Assembly: GCA_024233545.1 (NCBI GenBank)
Contig: JACKPL010000010.1
Span: forward strand, 6,287 to 70,286
Source of the DNA: a bacterium
Lineage (GTDB): Bacteria; Auribacterota; Auribacteria; Auribacterales; Auribacteraceae
DNA length: 64,000 nucleotides
Direction: 5' to 3'
Under the pieces are notes generated by a model. That model had not been told where the DNA came from and did no database searches. It saw nothing but the letters and a program-made list of their open reading frames with translations. The stretch's first letter is position 1, and each line of letters begins with the position of its first letter. Below are positions 61,723 through 64,000 of the stretch, piece after piece. A program made the translations under genes and the position numbers.

Positions 61723-64000
61723 GGCATTTAGGTATATCTGACCGAATAGGTGCGTTACAGAGTATTTTAGATGCAGTTGATCAATCCGCATTATCGGTTA
61801 AGAATGCAGTTACTGCGTTACAGCAGTTTCGTTATACAAAATCTGTACCGCGTTCAATTGTTCGCAGAAGTTTTGCTCGGCGTTTGCTTGGGCGCATTTT
61901 TAATCTGGGTATATTAGCAGGATCAGTATCATTGTGGGGGTGGTGGGCAATCGTTATGCCGCTCATGCTTATTATTACTGAAACAATCGGGCAATATCGA
62001 GGGAATGTAGTCCGTCGTGCTCTCCGCTTGGTTGTTGGTGCTGGCGCGGCTTCAGCAATGGTATTTCTTATGGGCGGTGCTCTTTCTATTCCTGCGGTAT
62101 TGTTGCTTACCGGTTATGTGCTTGGTGGAGAACGGGCGGCAGATTGGCTGTTGTATTCGATAGATCGTGTTCCTATTATTAGTATGTTAACGTCGAATTT
62201 TATCAACAATCGCTTATCTCGAATTTCAAACGCCCGGGCTTTGCGTAATCTTACTATAAGAAGGGATGTTATTGCTGAAGTAGTGGAAAGCATTGGTACT
62301 CGTGCGCGCGATCAGAAGGAATTTGAAAGAATGTTTACTCAGCGGATAATATTGGATTCGCTTGAGCAATCATTTAAAGACCGTTTACGGTCGTATTATA
62401 GAGATGTATATGGGGATGATGCTTCGGTTATCGAGTCTCAGATTGAACAGAGCCTTTCTAAGTTTGCTGTTGACCAACGGCTAAGAATTATACGCAAAGT
62501 GTATCAACGCGTTAATAATCCTTGGATGAAGTTTTCGCAGATGTTTACCCATATGATGAGCCGATTGAAGCCGGGCGATAAATTGGAATATGAGGGGCGG
62601 TTGGGTTTTATACGCACATTATTTTCAAACCGTACTAAAGGGAAATTGTTAGGATTGGCAGGTGTAGCAACTGCAGTTGCAGGGCATATATTTTTGCTTG
62701 GTGTTTCTTTAAATCCCTTGAGTATAATGGGCTTGGCAATGTCTGTTTGGGTTGTTCTATTCCTTGGGACAAAAACCTTTGAACAAACTTTTGGTGCTGT
62801 ATCGGGTATTTTACTGCCTTTAATTCATATTTCATTATATGGGATGTCTGCGTCTTTTATGCCGTTGGTTGTCATTATTTCTGAAGTTATTGTTGGATAT
62901 ATGGTCGGTTCAACGGCGGGATTATTATTAAAAAATACTGCAGAGATTCTGTATAATTTCATTATCAATCCTCTCATTGTTCGTCCGTTTAGAAGTTTTG
63001 GAGAGATAATGAGAATCCGCAAGAAAAATGATATAACTCGCCAGCGATTATTGATAGCTTCAGTTGTGCCGTTAATTGATGAAGCAGACAGCGATTTGGA
63101 ATTTATTTCAAAGTTCGATAAACTCTTCCTTGATACATTAGATGAAGCAGACCAAATTGAATTAGGTGAGCCCGGTCTTCCCAGTGATGATGAAGGACCA
63201 GGTGTCCCACCGGGCACCACCCCTCCGGGCGGATCACCTTCGCCGACTGATGTGGAACCTGTTACACCCGTCATCGAGCCGAGCGAACCGGTATCTCCGG
63301 TGCCTCCGATTGAAGAAACACGTTTGCCAGAACCGCCAATACAGAGTCAATTACCTGAATCTGTTCAGCTGATAGAGCAGGTGGCGAAACCAGTGGTTTC
63401 TGAAGTAATCCAAGCACCAACCGATGGCATCATAGCAACAAATGATTCTGTGATTGAAGAACAAGCGGTTGAGAGTAAAGATGCAGTTGCTCCAGAACCT
63501 GTAGCACCTCCGGTAGTTGTAGAACCAATCAATAAGAAATTTACCGATTTTGCTTTACGAATTGGCTCTAACCTTGGATTGACCGTTGAAGAAATGGAGT
63601 TTCTCGCCTCAGCAGTGCGTGAAGCGACAAAAATCCGCAACAAGATAAGCGAGCCGCTTTTTAATCGAGCTCTCGAGCTTGTAGATACAATAGACCGTAA
63701 AAAAACGGCATTAACAATCAAGCAGTTAAAAGAAGTTCATCAAGCGCGCGTCAATCAACTTCAAGAACTCGAAGAGTTGGGAACGATAACGCTACCCCAA
63801 CAATTACAGCTCAACAGACTGCGCGATGGTTCTGTTATGGTCCAATTTGCTAATATTTCATCCGCAATAGCAAAAAACAAAAAAATGGAAATATTTGATT
63901 TGAATCAAACTATTCCCTTAACTGAAACCGGATGGATTTTAGAATTAATGGATGCAAAATTAAAAATTATCCAAACGGTCAGGGATACTGAATATCGAGA
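61674..64000 (+). CDS. continuation of the giant ORF in the -1 frame (or a start-less downstream gene); open to window end
   Basis: Not in the ORF track. I read codon phase (position mod 3 = 0) by hand from 61674 to 64000 and found no stop. There is no ATG or GTG in the first 94 codons, and the first ATG (61956) lies inside a TM helix. The translation is protein-like (GFTPEQIESIQNNIGHLGISDRIGALQSILDAV...), with TM clusters, a Pro-rich linker and a coiled coil. Confidence 0.75.

Noticed and set aside
1-64000. Search for rRNA, tRNA, CRISPR arrays, IS elements, integrases or prophage genes
   Set aside because: None recognised by eye. There are no direct-repeat/spacer arrays and no cloverleaf-like GC-rich 75-nt islands in the intergenic gaps. 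The only transposase-like sequence is the HTH module fused to the response regulator, and no catalytic transposase ORF is present.

Overview
This is a 64-kb AT-rich bacterial chromosomal segment (roughly 40% GC by eye). Every convincing gene except the first is on the + strand. (i) 1-616(-) is the 5' part of a degenerate polyprenyl-synthase-like gene, and 719-1753 is an ApbE flavin transferase. (ii) 1957-27540 is a collinear flagellar core cluster of about 29 ORFs in the spirochaete/Firmicute-type order: flgB-flgC-fliE / fliF-fliG-fliH-fliI-fliJ-ylxF-like / fliK-flgD-flgE / motA-motB-(frame-broken fliL paralogue)-fliL-fliM-fliN / fliO-fliP-fliQ-fliR-flhB-flhA-flhF-flhG-small membrane ORF-fliA-PilZ. 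The larger intergenic gaps carry sigma54-type GG-N10-GC promoters, with strong matches before fliK and fliO and weaker ones before flgB and fliF. There is an exact sigmaD/sigma28-type TAAA-N15-GCCGATAT before motA and a textbook intrinsic terminator after flgE. The window holds no flagellin, distal rod/ring, hook-junction, che, rpoN or enhancer-binding-protein genes. (iii) 27914-30384 encodes a REC response regulator with two transposase-type HTH repeats and a TolC-family outer-membrane channel, so the host is probably diderm. (iv) 30835-61722 is one uninterrupted 10,295-codon ORF with an N-terminal Sec signal. It is essentially non-repetitive and mostly without families I can name. By eye it contains a Tiki/TraB/GumN-like N-terminal domain, an internal lipoprotein-type signal (Cys3216) and a duplicated ~420-450-aa (alpha/alpha)6-barrel-like module. 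It also has three TIM-barrel glycosidase-like modules, CARDB-like beta-sandwiches, kilobase-scale coiled coils and clusters of TM helices in the last quarter. The supplied ORF track hides that the reading frame continues: the -1 frame is open from 61674 to the window end, adding 773 codons with more TM clusters and a Pro-rich linker. The gene is therefore probably at least ~11,055 codons. The break is either a 1-nt homopolymer error or mutation, or -1 frameshifting. This giant gene and its TolC/REC/PilZ neighbourhood is the main candidate for an undescribed system. All fold and function assignments inside it are motif-level inference and need HMM or structure searches. I recognised no rRNA, tRNA, CRISPR array or IS element.
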